Assembly: GCA_965203515.1 (NCBI GenBank)
Contig: OZ241907.1
Coordinates: 2,912,001-2,976,000 of the forward strand
Direction: 5' to 3'
From: Spirochaetia bacterium
GTDB taxonomy: Bacteria > Spirochaetota > Spirochaetia > SZUA-6 > Bin103
Length of the DNA stretch: 64,000 nt
The notes beneath the pieces were generated by a model that ran no database searches, was not told where the DNA came from, and was given only the letters and a program-made list of their open reading frames with translations. Shown in pieces: positions 51,621 to 61,094 of this stretch. A program made the translations under genes and the position numbers. Each line of letters begins with the position of its first letter. Position 1 is the first letter of the stretch.

Positions 51621-51964
51621 GGCGGCCACCAGCCGTCCCCAGGCGGGTCCGTCTCGAACGTCGTGATGTTGCAGGCCGCGAGGCTACCTCCAGGGCAGAT
51701 CATCCGCAGTCGCCGAGAACGGGGACGAGGATATTGCAAATGGGCAAGAATCGGGCTATCCTGACCCGTCGCTGAGCATACGTGAACTCAAGTTGATGGA
51801 AGGCGTTGGTTTGATATTTCTAAGCCTGAGCCAGTAGAGGACGTATGAGTAATCGAGACAACGGGTGGATAGCTTCCATTAGCGATCTCCATTTCCGAAA
51901 GCCCCGACCTGCCGCGCCTGGGAATGAGTGGTCGGCACCTGACCTGCGCCATGGAGACCATGGC

Positions 51965-52564
51965 TACCACCGGCAGCCGCCGCGGACCGGCAGTGCGGCG
52001 CCACGGCCGCGTTCGGACCGCGACCGGTGCGCATCGAGCATCGAGCGGCGCCCGGTTCGCCTCCACGTCGACCCGGATCGTCTCCACGAGCCGCGCCCGC
52101 GAAGCGCTGGCAGCCGCTTCACGTGGACGTCGACCGCGACCGGTGCCAGAGCGGCGCCACGCGCCCGGCATCGAACGGCGCCGAACCAAGGGGTAGCCAA
52201 GTACCACCGGCAGCCGCCGCGACCGGCAGAGCGGCGCCACGGCCGCGTTCGGCCGCGACCGATGCGCATCGAGCATCGAGCGGCGCCCGGTTCGCCTCCA
52301 CGTCGACCCGGATCGTCTCCACGGCCGCGCCCGCGAAGCGCTGGCAGCCGCTTCACGTGGACGTCGACCGCGACCGGTGCCAGAGCGGCGCCACGCGCCC
52401 GGCATCGAACGGCGCCGAACCAGGGTAGCCAGGTACCACCGGCAGCCGCCGCGACCGGCAGAGCGGCGCTACGGCCGTGTTCGGACCGCGCCCGGTGCGC
52501 ATCGAGCATCGAGCGGCGCCCGGTTCGTGAGGAACGCCGGCGAACCGGGGTAGCCAGGTACCAC
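51965..52564. repeat. Tandem repeat type A, ~232-237 bp unit, about 2.5 copies
   Basis: TACCACCGGCAGCCGCC starts at 51965, 52202 and 52434. Confidence 0.9.
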
Positions 52565-53775
52565 GTAGCCGCCACGCTCGACGTCGAAACGTCTGAGACG
52601 GTCCGCAACCGCCGTCCACGCCAGAGCCGCCCGCGGACCGCGACCAGAGCCGGATCGAGCGGCGCCACGGCTGCGCCAGCTTCGCGTCTGCAGAAGCGGC
52701 GCCGCGCCCGGTTCGAGAGCGGCGCCCGGTTCGCGTCCACGGCCGCGCCGACCAAGTAGCCGCCACGCTCGACGTCGAGCGTCTGCAGACGGTCCGCAAC
52801 CGCCGTCCACGCCAGAGCCGTGCCGGCGAACGCGACCAGAGCCGGATCGAGCGGCGCCACGGCTGCGCCAGCTTCGCGTCTGCAGAAGCGGCGCCGCGCC
52901 CGGTTCGAGAGCGGCGCCCGGTTCGCGTCCACGTCCACGGCCGCGCCGACCAGGTAGCCGCCACGCTCGACGTCGAGCGTCTGCAGACGGTATACCTTAC
53001 GCGGTCATGCTGAAACTTGGTTCGAGGAATGCGGCAGCCGTAGCGGCGATGCTGCTAGCCGGCGCGGTCATGGCGCACGCGCAGGACGAATACAACTTCG
53101 GGGCCGGCCCGGTGCCAGCTCATCGCCACCCCAAAGGCGGAGGCTGGATAGCGAATACTGCCACGGTTGCCGAAAGGGTACTTGTGACAGCCGATGCGCG
53201 GGTTGGCGATAATGCGCTGGTTTACGGTGATGCGCAGGTTTACGGTGATGCGCTGGTTTACGGTGATGCGCAGGTTTTCGATAATGCGCAGCTTTCCGGT
53301 GATGCGCAGGTTTTCGGTGATGCGCAGGTTTCCGATAATGCGCAGCTTTCCGGTAATGCGCTGGTTTCCGGTGATGCGCAGGTTTTCGGTGATGCGATGG
53401 TTGGCGATGATGCGCAGGTTTCCGGTGATGCGTGGATTTTCGGTAATGCGCGGGTCATCAATGAACGAGTAATCCACGGGTACCGCGACAGGTAGCCGCC
53501 ACGCTCGACGTCGAACGTCTGCAGACGGTCCGCAACCGCCGTCCTCGCCAGAGCCGCCCGCGGACCGCGACCAGAGCCGGATCGAGCGGCGCCAACGGCC
53601 GCGCGCCAGCTTCGCGTCTGGATCGCGCCGCGCCCGGATCGAGAGCGGCGCCCGGTTCGCGTCCACGTCCACGGCCGCGCCGACCAAGTAGCCGCCACGC
53701 TCGACATCGAGCGTCTGAGACGGTCCGCAACCGCCGTCCACGCCAGAACCGCGCCGCCGACCGCGACCGGTGCGC
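52565..53775. repeat. Tandem repeat type B, ~191-198 bp unit, interrupted by a gene
   Basis: GTAGCCGCCACGCTCGAC starts at 52565, 52756, 52954, 53492 and 53688; palindromes GCTCGACGTCGAGC and CGTCTGCAGACG. Confidence 0.9.
53007..53495 (+). CDS. Secreted hexapeptide-repeat protein, copy 3
   Basis: Signal peptide; YNFGAGPVPAHRHPKGGGWIANTATV; DAQVxG repeats; the stop codon lies inside repeat B. Confidence 0.8.
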   Translation: MLKLGSRNAAAVAAMLLAGAVMAHAQDEYNFGAGPVPAHRHPKGGGWIANTATVAERVLVTADARVGDNALVYGDAQVYGDALVYGDAQVFDNAQLSGDAQVFGDAQVSDNAQLSGNALVSGDAQVFGDAMVGDDAQVSGDAWIFGNARVINERVIHGYRDR

Positions 53776-53780
53776 GTTTA

Positions 53781-54030
53781 CTACTCGAAGCTGTACAGCG
53801 TGCTACGCCCTTTGTGCCCGCGTGGTATCCGTTCGATGATGTAGCCCCATGCCACTAACCGATTGAGACTTGACTTGACCGGGCTTCGCTTTAGCCCCGC
53901 GCTTCGCGCTTCGATAGCCGGAATAGAAGGCCATGCCCACCTATGGCCGCTACGGTCCGCAGCGCCGCCGTAGCTGAATAGCGCCGCAGACACGGTTACG
54001 TCGACCGGCCGCGCATGGCCGTCAGCCAAG
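53781..54030 (-). pseudogene. HTH fragment resembling the N-terminus of phage/plasmid replication initiators; cut by IS3
   Basis: WAWPSIPAIEARSAGLKRSPVKSSLNRLVAWGYI...RSTLY pattern. Confidence 0.55.
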
Positions 54031-54561
54031 TGGAGTTGACCCGCTTGCGTGGACACATCAAGAGTGAGGACGAGAGGAGGGAATACGATGGCGAGAACGC
54101 ATCAAGCGTATCCACAGGAGTACCGCCAGCAGATGGTCGAGCTGATCCGTGCCGGCCGCACGCCGGAGGACCTGGCGCAGGAGTTTGAGCCGTCTGCCGG
54201 CTCGATCCGCAACTGGGTCGCGCAGGACGAGCGCGACGCCGGGCAGCGCAGCGACGGGCTCAGCGGTGAGGAACGTCAGGAGTTGCGCCGCCTGCGCCGC
54301 GAGAACAAGCAGCTACGGATCGAGCGTGACATCTTAAAAAGCAGCGGCTTGGTTCGCACGGGAGAGCGACTCGATCCCGGAGCGGGATTCCGGTTCGTGA
54401 AGGCGAATCAGGCCACGTGGCCGGTGCGCACCCTCTGCCAGGTGCTGGGTCTCTCCCCCAGCGGCTACTACGCATGGGTGCGCCGCAGGCCGTCGGCGCG
54501 AGCGCGGCGGGACGCGCAGTTGATGGGGCGCATCAAGGAGGTCTGGACCGCCAACCGCGAG
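54031..54561 (+). mobile_element. IS3-family remnant (left end, orfA, start of orfB)
   Basis: TG...GTGGACA left end; ORF from 54088 YPQEYRQQMVEL...ELRRLRRENKQL...WPVRTLCQVLGLSPSGYYAW; no DDE core. Confidence 0.85.
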
Positions 54562-55410
54562 TGTTGTATCTCACATAATCTCGTCGCTGGAATCCCGGAA
54601 TAAATCGCACGGAGAGGCTCGGGATTTCTCAGACTATCCCGTCAGCTGAAAGACAGCGGGACAGCGACCGTCAGACCGACAGGTCGAGCCGGCCGGCGCT
54701 GGCGTGGCGGCCGACGCGGAGCTGGGAGCCGGTCTCGGCATGGGCCAGCAGGCGGCCGTCCTCGGTCGGCTGCGGTCAGGGGCGCAGTTCGTCGAGGGCG
54801 TGCTGCAGGTGCTCGGCGGTGACGCGGTGCTCGTTGGCGAGCGCGCACGCCGACAGGGCGTAATGGGCGATGCGGTTGATCAGCTGCGGCAGCCCGCGGG
54901 AAGCGTGGAACAACGCCTCTGCGGCGGGCGGCTCGAACAGCGGGACTTCGCAGCCGGCCAAGTGCAGGCGGTGGGCGAGGTAGTCATCGAGTTCGGCGCG
55001 CAGCAGGCCGCCGAGATGATGGCGGACGACCAGGCGCTGGCTGAGCGATTCGTGGACCGCCATGGTGAGCCGGCGGCGCAACTCGGTGAGGCCGACCAGC
55101 AGCAGGCACAGGCGGTGTTCGGAGTCCATGGTGTAGTTGGTCAACAGGCGCAGATCGGTGAGCACGTCGTTGCGCAGTGTCCAGCGACAATCAAGATGAG
55201 AATGCAGCGACAATCAAGATGAGAATGCGCGGGTAGGGTGGCTGCCTCCGACAGAGGAGGATGGAGGGGCCGCCGATGGCGGCGGCAGGGCGTAGCCTGA
55301 CCGTAGTCACCGGCGCGCGGCGGCGCCCCCGTGGGGGCTTCGCGGCCCGGTGATCGTGGCCGGCCCGGCGTTGGATAGGGTGCTTGGGACTATCACCCCA
55401 AGGAGCACCC

Positions 55411-56940
55411 ATGCCGGGCCGACATCTGACCGATCACCACGTGAGGCACTACATGAACCTGCGCACCAAGGACCAGCCGTCGGTGGCCGCCGCCAAGGCG
55501 GGGATCAGCACCGCCACCGCCTATCGCATCGAATCCGATCCGCAGCTGCCGTCCCAGAAACCGACCGTCCGCACTCGCCGGCGGCCCGACCCGCTGGCCG
55601 GCATCTTCGAAGAAGAAGTCATCCCCCTGCTGCAGCAGACGCCCGACCTGCGCCCGGTGACCATCTTCGAGGAACTGCTGCGCCGCCACCCCGAACTGCC
55701 GCCGAGCGTGCGCCGCACCCTGGAACGCCGGGTGCGCCGCTGGCGCGCCCTGCACGGTCCCGACCAGGAGGTGATCTTCGCGCAGCGTCAGCCGCCCGGT
55801 CTGCTCGGCCTGTCAGACTTCACCGCCGCCACCAACCTCAGCGTCGTCGTGGCCGGCGCGCCGCTGGCGCACCTGCTGTACCACTTCCGGCTGCCCTACT
55901 CCGGCTTCGAGCACGCCGACGTGGTGATCGGCGGCGAATCCTTCAGCGCCCTCAGCGCCGGCCTCCAGCAGGCGCTGTGGACGCTCGGCGGCGCGCCCCA
56001 GGAACACCGCACCGACAGCCTGTCGGCGGCGTTCCGCAACCTCGACCGCAGCGCCCACGACGATCTCACCGAGCGCTACCGGGCGCTGTGCGAGCACTAC
56101 CGCATGCGCCCGACCCGCAACAATCGCGGCGCCGCCCATGAGAACGGCAGCGTCGAGAGCGCCCACGGCCACTTCAAGCGCGCCCTCCATCAGGCCCTGC
56201 TGCTCCGCGGCTCGTGCTCGTTCGATGACCTGGACGCCTACCGCCGGTTGATCGCCGAACTGGTCGGGCGCCACAACGCCCGCCACCGGGAGCGCATCGA
56301 CGCCGAACGCGCGGCCTTGCAGCCGCTGCCCGAACGCCGCGTGCAGGACTTCGAGATCGAACGGGTGCGGGTCACCTCCCACAGCGGGTTCACGCTGCGC
56401 AAGGTCTTCTACTCGGTGCCGTCGCGGCTGATCGGCCACCACCTGCGCGTCCATCTGTTCCCGGATCGGCTGCAGGTCTTCCTCGGCGCCAGCGAACTGC
56501 TGAGCCTGCCGCGGGGCAAGCCGTCGGGCGACGGGCGCCGCGGGCACGTGGTCAACTACCATCACCTCATCCACGCGCTGCGCCGCAAGCCGATGGCGTT
56601 GCGCCATCTGACCTACCGTGAGCAGTTGTTCCCCCGCGATGCCTACCGGCGCGCCTTCCGGGCGCTGCTGACGGCGCTCGACGAGTCTGAGGCCTGCCGG
56701 CGCATGGTCGGGCTGCTGGCGCTGGCTCACGATCAGGGCTGCGAGGCCGCCCTGGGCGAGCACCTGGAGCGCCTGCTGGCCGCCGGTCAGCTGCCCGACC
56801 CGGAGACCCTGCGGGAGCGCTTCCTGCCCGATCCGCAGGACCTGCCGCAGGTCAGCGTGCACGCCGGCTCGCTGGCCGACTACGACCTGCTGCTCGATCA
56901 TCCCGACCACGCCGGCGTCTCCCAGGCGGGTGCGGCATGA
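55411..56940 (+). CDS. istA: IS21 transposase IstA
   Basis: LSDFT, HRTDSLSAA, HENGSVE and FYSVPSRLIG; AGGAG ribosome-binding site. Confidence 0.93.
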   Translation: MPGRHLTDHHVRHYMNLRTKDQPSVAAAKAGISTATAYRIESDPQLPSQKPTVRTRRRPDPLAGIFEEEVIPLLQQTPDLRPVTIFEELLRRHPELPPSVRRTLERRVRRWRALHGPDQEVIFAQRQPPGLLGLSDFTAATNLSVVVAGAPLAHLLYHFRLPYSGFEHADVVIGGESFSALSAGLQQALWTLGGAPQEHRTDSLSAAFRNLDRSAHDDLTERYRALCEHYRMRPTRNNRGAAHENGSVESAHGHFKRALHQALLLRGSCSFDDLDAYRRLIAELVGRHNARHRERIDAERAALQPLPERRVQDFEIERVRVTSHSGFTLRKVFYSVPSRLIGHHLRVHLFPDRLQVFLGASELLSLPRGKPSGDGRRGHVVNYHHLIHALRRKPMALRHLTYREQLFPRDAYRRAFRALLTALDESEACRRMVGLLALAHDQGCEAALGEHLERLLAAGQLPDPETLRERFLPDPQDLPQVSVHAGSLADYDLLLDHPDHAGVSQAGAA

Positions 56941-57812
56941 ACCGGCGCAACGACCAGCCGATCGACGACGCCGCGCTCAACCTCATGCTCAGCGAGTTGC
57001 GCCTGCCCACCATCAAGTCGCTGTGGCCGCAGTTCACCGCCCAGGCCGACCGCGAAGGCTGGCCCGGCGCGCGCCTGCTGGCCGCCCTGACCGAGCACGA
57101 ACTGGCCGAACGCTCCCGCCGCCGCTTCCAGCGCCAGCTCCGCGAGGCGCGGCTGCCGGCCGGCAAGACCCTCGACTCGTTCGACTTCGCCGTCGTGCCG
57201 CTGCTGTCCAAGGCGCACGTGACCGCACTCTGCGCCGGCGACCGCTGGCTCGACGAAGGCGCCAACCTGCTGCTCATCGGACCGCCCGGCACCGGCAAGA
57301 GCCATCTGGCAGCCGCCATCGGCTTGGCGCTCATCGAGCACGGCTTCCGGGTGCTGTTCACCCGCACCACCGACCTCACCCAACGGCTGCAGCGCGCGTG
57401 CCGCGACCTGACCCTGGAGGCAGCCATCGCCAAGCTCGACAAGTACCACCTGCTGATCCTCGATGACTTCGCCTACGTCACCAAGGATCAGGCCGAGACC
57501 AGCGTGCTGTTCGAGTTGATCATCGCCCGCTACGAGCAGCGCTCGCTGCTGCTCACCGCCAATCAGCCGTTCGGCCAGTGGGACACGATCTTCCCCGACC
57601 CCACCATGACCCTGGCGGCCGTCGACCGGCTGGTGCATCACGCGACCATCTTCGAACTCAACGTCGAAAGCTACCGCCGCCGCACCGCCGTGCAGCGCCG
57701 CGCGGCTGCCCAGCCGGCCGCCGGTACCGACCCGGCCGCCGCCAGTGACACTCCGGCGGCCGCTCAGGGCTCCCAGGATCCAGGATCGGCCGGTCAGCCG
57801 CCCGTTACGTAA
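56937..57812 (+). CDS. istB: IS21 helper ATPase IstB
   Basis: GPPGTGKSH, LILDDFAY and VDRLVHHA; ATGA coupling. Confidence 0.95.
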   Translation: MNRRNDQPIDDAALNLMLSELRLPTIKSLWPQFTAQADREGWPGARLLAALTEHELAERSRRRFQRQLREARLPAGKTLDSFDFAVVPLLSKAHVTALCAGDRWLDEGANLLLIGPPGTGKSHLAAAIGLALIEHGFRVLFTRTTDLTQRLQRACRDLTLEAAIAKLDKYHLLILDDFAYVTKDQAETSVLFELIIARYEQRSLLLTANQPFGQWDTIFPDPTMTLAAVDRLVHHATIFELNVESYRRRTAVQRRAAAQPAAGTDPAAASDTPAAAQGSQDPGSAGQPPVT

Positions 57813-57827
57813 CGGTGCGCACTAGCT

Positions 57828-58116
57828 ATGGCGTTGAGCAACGCGGCACGACAACGCCGCTACCGCGCGCGCCGCAACGCCGCTGCCCCGCCGGGTGCAG
57901 TTCCGCAGGCCGCACGACCGCCGCTCGCGCCCGCAACGCTGGCAGGATGCGGTGCGCACCCTGCGCGACCTTCAGGACGAGTACCAGGCGTGGCTCGACC
58001 ACTTGCCCGACCCGCTCCGGGAGTCTGCGGTCGCCGTCAAGCTGGAGGCGATCTGCGACCTTGATCTTGCTGACCTGGAGAGCATCGAGCCGCCGCTCGG
58101 CTACGGCCGCGACTGA
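57828..58116 (+). pseudogene. Small third ORF inside IS21, apparently frameshifted
   Basis: MALSNAARQRRYRARR... in one frame continues as RSRPQRWQDAV...EPPLGYGRD* in the +1 frame. Confidence 0.55.
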
Positions 58117-58686
58117 CACCCCGGGTACTGCCTCACGCCTGATCCGGTCCGCCGCCCACCACGCGCCAAGCCGTTTGCGAACGCCATCACGCCTCCCGAC
58201 CAGCGCCGATCTGACCGTTGCTCTGGGACCTCGACGGGGCGCCTCCCGCCGCCGCTTCCCGTGCTTGCCAACCCACGTCCCCTTGTGGCAACGTCCCGGC
58301 CGTTGCGACACCGGTTTTTCTCATCTTGATTGTCGCTCGGTTCTCATCCTGATTGTCGCGCTACAGCGCAGGAACTGCGCCTCGTCGACGACGAGCACCG
58401 GCAGCAGCTTGGCTTGCTGGACTTGGCGGGTGATCTCGGCGCGGATGGAGCGGTAGGCGGTGGCGCGGGATCGTTCGGCCGGCAGGCCGAGTTGCCAGGC
58501 GATCGACTTGTACATGTCCATGACGTTGCCGGTGGTGAGTGAGACGTAGAGGATTCGGAACAGGCCGGGATGGAGGGCGGCGGTCACGGCACGGCAGACG
58601 GTGGTCTTGCCGCAGCCGACCTCGCCGGTGAGCAGGCCGATGCCGCGGAGGTCGAGCAGATGTAAGCGTCCGGGGAATCCCACCCT

Positions 58687-60378
58687 CTACGTAGCGGGCG
58701 GCGGCGGTGGACGCGCGGTCGGCAGGAGCGCCAAGAAATCGGCACGGGTACGCGCGTGCGGCAGCTGCTCGAACAACTCGCGCAGATACCAGTACGGCTC
58801 TCGCCGGTTGGCCTTCGCCGTCTCGATCAGGCTGTACAGCGTCGCGCTCGCCGCAGCGCCGCGCGGGCTGCCGGCAAACAGCCAGTTCTTGCGGCCCACC
58901 ACGAACGGCCGGATCGCCTGCTCGCAGGCGTTGTTGTCCGGCGTCAACTGCGCGTGCTCCACATAGCCGATCAGCTTCGGCCACTGTCCCAACGCGAACC
59001 CCACCGCCTTGCCGAGCGCCGAACTCGGCAGCACCTGCTCCCGCTTGTGCCGCAGCCACTCGTGCATCTGCACGAGCACCGGCTCCACCCGCGCGCGCCG
59101 CTCGGCCACGAACCGTTCGGGGTCCTCGGTCCGGTACCTCGCTAGCTGCGTCTCGATGCGGTACAGCTTGGCGATGTACCCCAGCGCCTGCAGCGCCGCA
59201 CCGCTACGGCTCGATACCTTGCTCAACGCCTCGGCGGCCTCCTTGAAGGCGCGCCGCACGTGCGCCCAACAGCCCACGTGCCGGATGCCCGGCTGGCTGC
59301 ACGGCCGCAGGTAGCCCTCATACCCATCGGTCTGCACGTAGCCCTGGTAGTCGCCGATGATGTCGGCCGCCACCCGTGCGGCCCGACTCGGCTCATACCG
59401 GTAGATCACCACCGGCGCCGCCGGCGGCCCGCCGCGGGCCACCCATACGTAGCTGCGCGTCGCGTTGGCGCGTCCCGGCTCGTTGAGCACCTGCACGGTC
59501 GTTTCGTCGATTTGCAGGATCGGTCCGCCGCGCAGTTGGTCGCCCAGCGCTGCCAGCAGCGGCCGACAGGCGCCGGCGACCGCCAGCATCCAGTCGGCCA
59601 TCGTGCGCCGCGACACCGCCACTCCCAGCCGCGCGAACTGCTGCTCCTGCCGGTACAGCGGCAGCGCGTCGCAGAACTTCGCCGTGGCGATGAACGCCAG
59701 CAGCCCTTCGCTGGCGACTCCTTTGCGGATCAGCGCCGCCGGCGCCGGCGCCACCCGCACCGCCGCACGCTGCTCGTCGCCGGAGCCCTCGCAGTGATGG
59801 CAGGCGTACTTCGGCCGCACCGTGCGGAGCACCCGCACCTGCGGCGGGATCACGTCGAGCTTCTCGGCGGTCTCCTCGCCGATGCGGACCATGCGGTGGC
59901 CGCAGGCGCACTGCTGGTCTGCTTCGGGAAGGTCGACGACCCGCTCGACCCGCGGCAGCGACGGCGGCAGCGGTTGGCGGCGCGGGCGCCGGGCGCGGCT
60001 CGGCACCGGGGCGGCCGCCGGTTCGGCAGGCAGTGGGTCGACCGGCAAGGCGTGGTCGGCGCTCCGTTCGATCTCGTTGAACAGCCGGATCTGCTGCTGC
60101 TCGGCAGCGCTCAGCTGTTCGCTGCTGCGCCCGTACCGCCGGTTTCGGTACCAGGCGAGCTCCTCTTCATAGAGCTCAATCTTCTTGTCCAACTCCTGGA
60201 CCTGATGATCCAGCGCATGGACCTGATGATCCAGCGCACTATTCCTGGTGACGAGTGAACTATTCCTGGCGACGAGTTGATCGTTGCGCACGATCAACTC
60301 GTCTTTTTCCAGGACCAGCAGCCGATTCTCCACGCGCAACCTGTCGCGTTGTTCGACCACCGACGGTGCGGCAGACAT
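58687..60378 (-). CDS. tnpC: IS66 transposase TnpC
   Basis: Identical protein to 45264-46955. Confidence 0.95.
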   Translation of the reverse strand: MSAAPSVVEQRDRLRVENRLLVLEKDELIVRNDQLVARNSSLVTRNSALDHQVHALDHQVQELDKKIELYEEELAWYRNRRYGRSSEQLSAAEQQQIRLFNEIERSADHALPVDPLPAEPAAAPVPSRARRPRRQPLPPSLPRVERVVDLPEADQQCACGHRMVRIGEETAEKLDVIPPQVRVLRTVRPKYACHHCEGSGDEQRAAVRVAPAPAALIRKGVASEGLLAFIATAKFCDALPLYRQEQQFARLGVAVSRRTMADWMLAVAGACRPLLAALGDQLRGGPILQIDETTVQVLNEPGRANATRSYVWVARGGPPAAPVVIYRYEPSRAARVAADIIGDYQGYVQTDGYEGYLRPCSQPGIRHVGCWAHVRRAFKEAAEALSKVSSRSGAALQALGYIAKLYRIETQLARYRTEDPERFVAERRARVEPVLVQMHEWLRHKREQVLPSSALGKAVGFALGQWPKLIGYVEHAQLTPDNNACEQAIRPFVVGRKNWLFAGSPRGAAASATLYSLIETAKANRREPYWYLRELFEQLPHARTRADFLALLPTARPPPPPAT

Positions 60379-60429
60379 GTCTCTACCTTACCTCAAATAC
60401 CGCCGCCAGTCAAGATCGAACCAAGCCCG

Positions 60430-60783
60430 TCAGGCGATTTCGGCGTAGCTCAACTCCTCGTGTCGGTTCCAGAAATCGATCCCTGCCAACAGCATCCGCA
60501 GCTGCTCGGCGTCGATCTCTCGCCGCGCCTCGGCCGCCGTTCGCGGCCACGGAAAGCTGCCCTGCTCCAACCGCTTCATCCACAGACAGAACCCCGTCCG
60601 ATCCCAGTACACCGCCTTCAGCAGTCGCCGCTGCCCGTTGCAGAACACGAACAACGACGCCTCGAACGGACTCAACCGCATCTGCTCCTGCACCAGCAGC
60701 ACCAGCCCGTTGATCTGCTTGCGCAGGTCGGTCGCACCAGGCCGCACGTAGATGCGCGCCGCCTCCAACTCCAGCCGGATCAC
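60430..60783 (-). CDS. tnpB: IS66 TnpB
   Basis: Identical protein to 47007-47360. Confidence 0.95.
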   Translation of the reverse strand: MIRLELEAARIYVRPGATDLRKQINGLVLLVQEQMRLSPFEASLFVFCNGQRRLLKAVYWDRTGFCLWMKRLEQGSFPWPRTAAEARREIDAEQLRMLLAGIDFWNRHEELSYAEIA

Positions 60784-61094
60784 TTCAGCGCCTCCAGCGC
60801 CGCCAGCACCTCGCGCAGATGCTCAGCGCGGACCGACGGCCACAGCCGCAGCACGTACCGCTCGCCGACCAGCAACTCCATCGTCGCGTGCTGCTCGGCG
60901 TCCTTGGCCCCGCCGGCCGCCCGCGCCAACTCGACCAGCGGCTGACGCCGGTCGGCCGTCTCCGGCAGCTTGCCGTCCCAGTTGCGCAGCGACCAGTAGG
61001 ACAGACCATGCTGCTCGCAATACGCCTTCTTCGTGAGCCCACTGCGTCGCCACGCTGCCACGTGCCGGCTCCAATACTCTCGTCCCTGTCTCAT
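60780..61094 (-). CDS. tnpA: IS66 TnpA
   Basis: Identical protein to 47357-47671. Confidence 0.88.
   Translation of the reverse strand: MRQGREYWSRHVAAWRRSGLTKKAYCEQHGLSYWSLRNWDGKLPETADRRQPLVELARAAGGAKDAEQHATMELLVGERYVLRLWPSVRAEHLREVLAALEALK

Larger units (their letters stand above)
55178..58365 (+). mobile_element. IS21-family element (3188 bp)
   Basis: TGT...ACA ends, each with two GCGACAATCA(A/G)GATGAGAA repeats; 6-bp target duplication GCGCAG at 55172-55177 and 58366-58371. Confidence 0.95.

Noticed and set aside
51788..52964. Repeat-protein ORFs across the array
   Set aside because: Arg/Ala-rich translations appear in all frames and shift frame between units; there is no consistent coding frame.
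29016..53495. Diversity-generating retroelement acting on the hexapeptide paralogues
   Set aside because: No reverse transcriptase is present, and differences between copies are not adenine-specific and include repeat-number changes.
52952..53529. Classical integron cassette with attC sites
   Set aside because: No RYYYAAC...GTTRRRY boxes recognised and no tyrosine integrase in the window; only the layout is cassette-like.
51965..53775. CRISPR array
   Set aside because: Units are ~195-235 bp and repeat in full with no unique spacers; no cas genes in the window.
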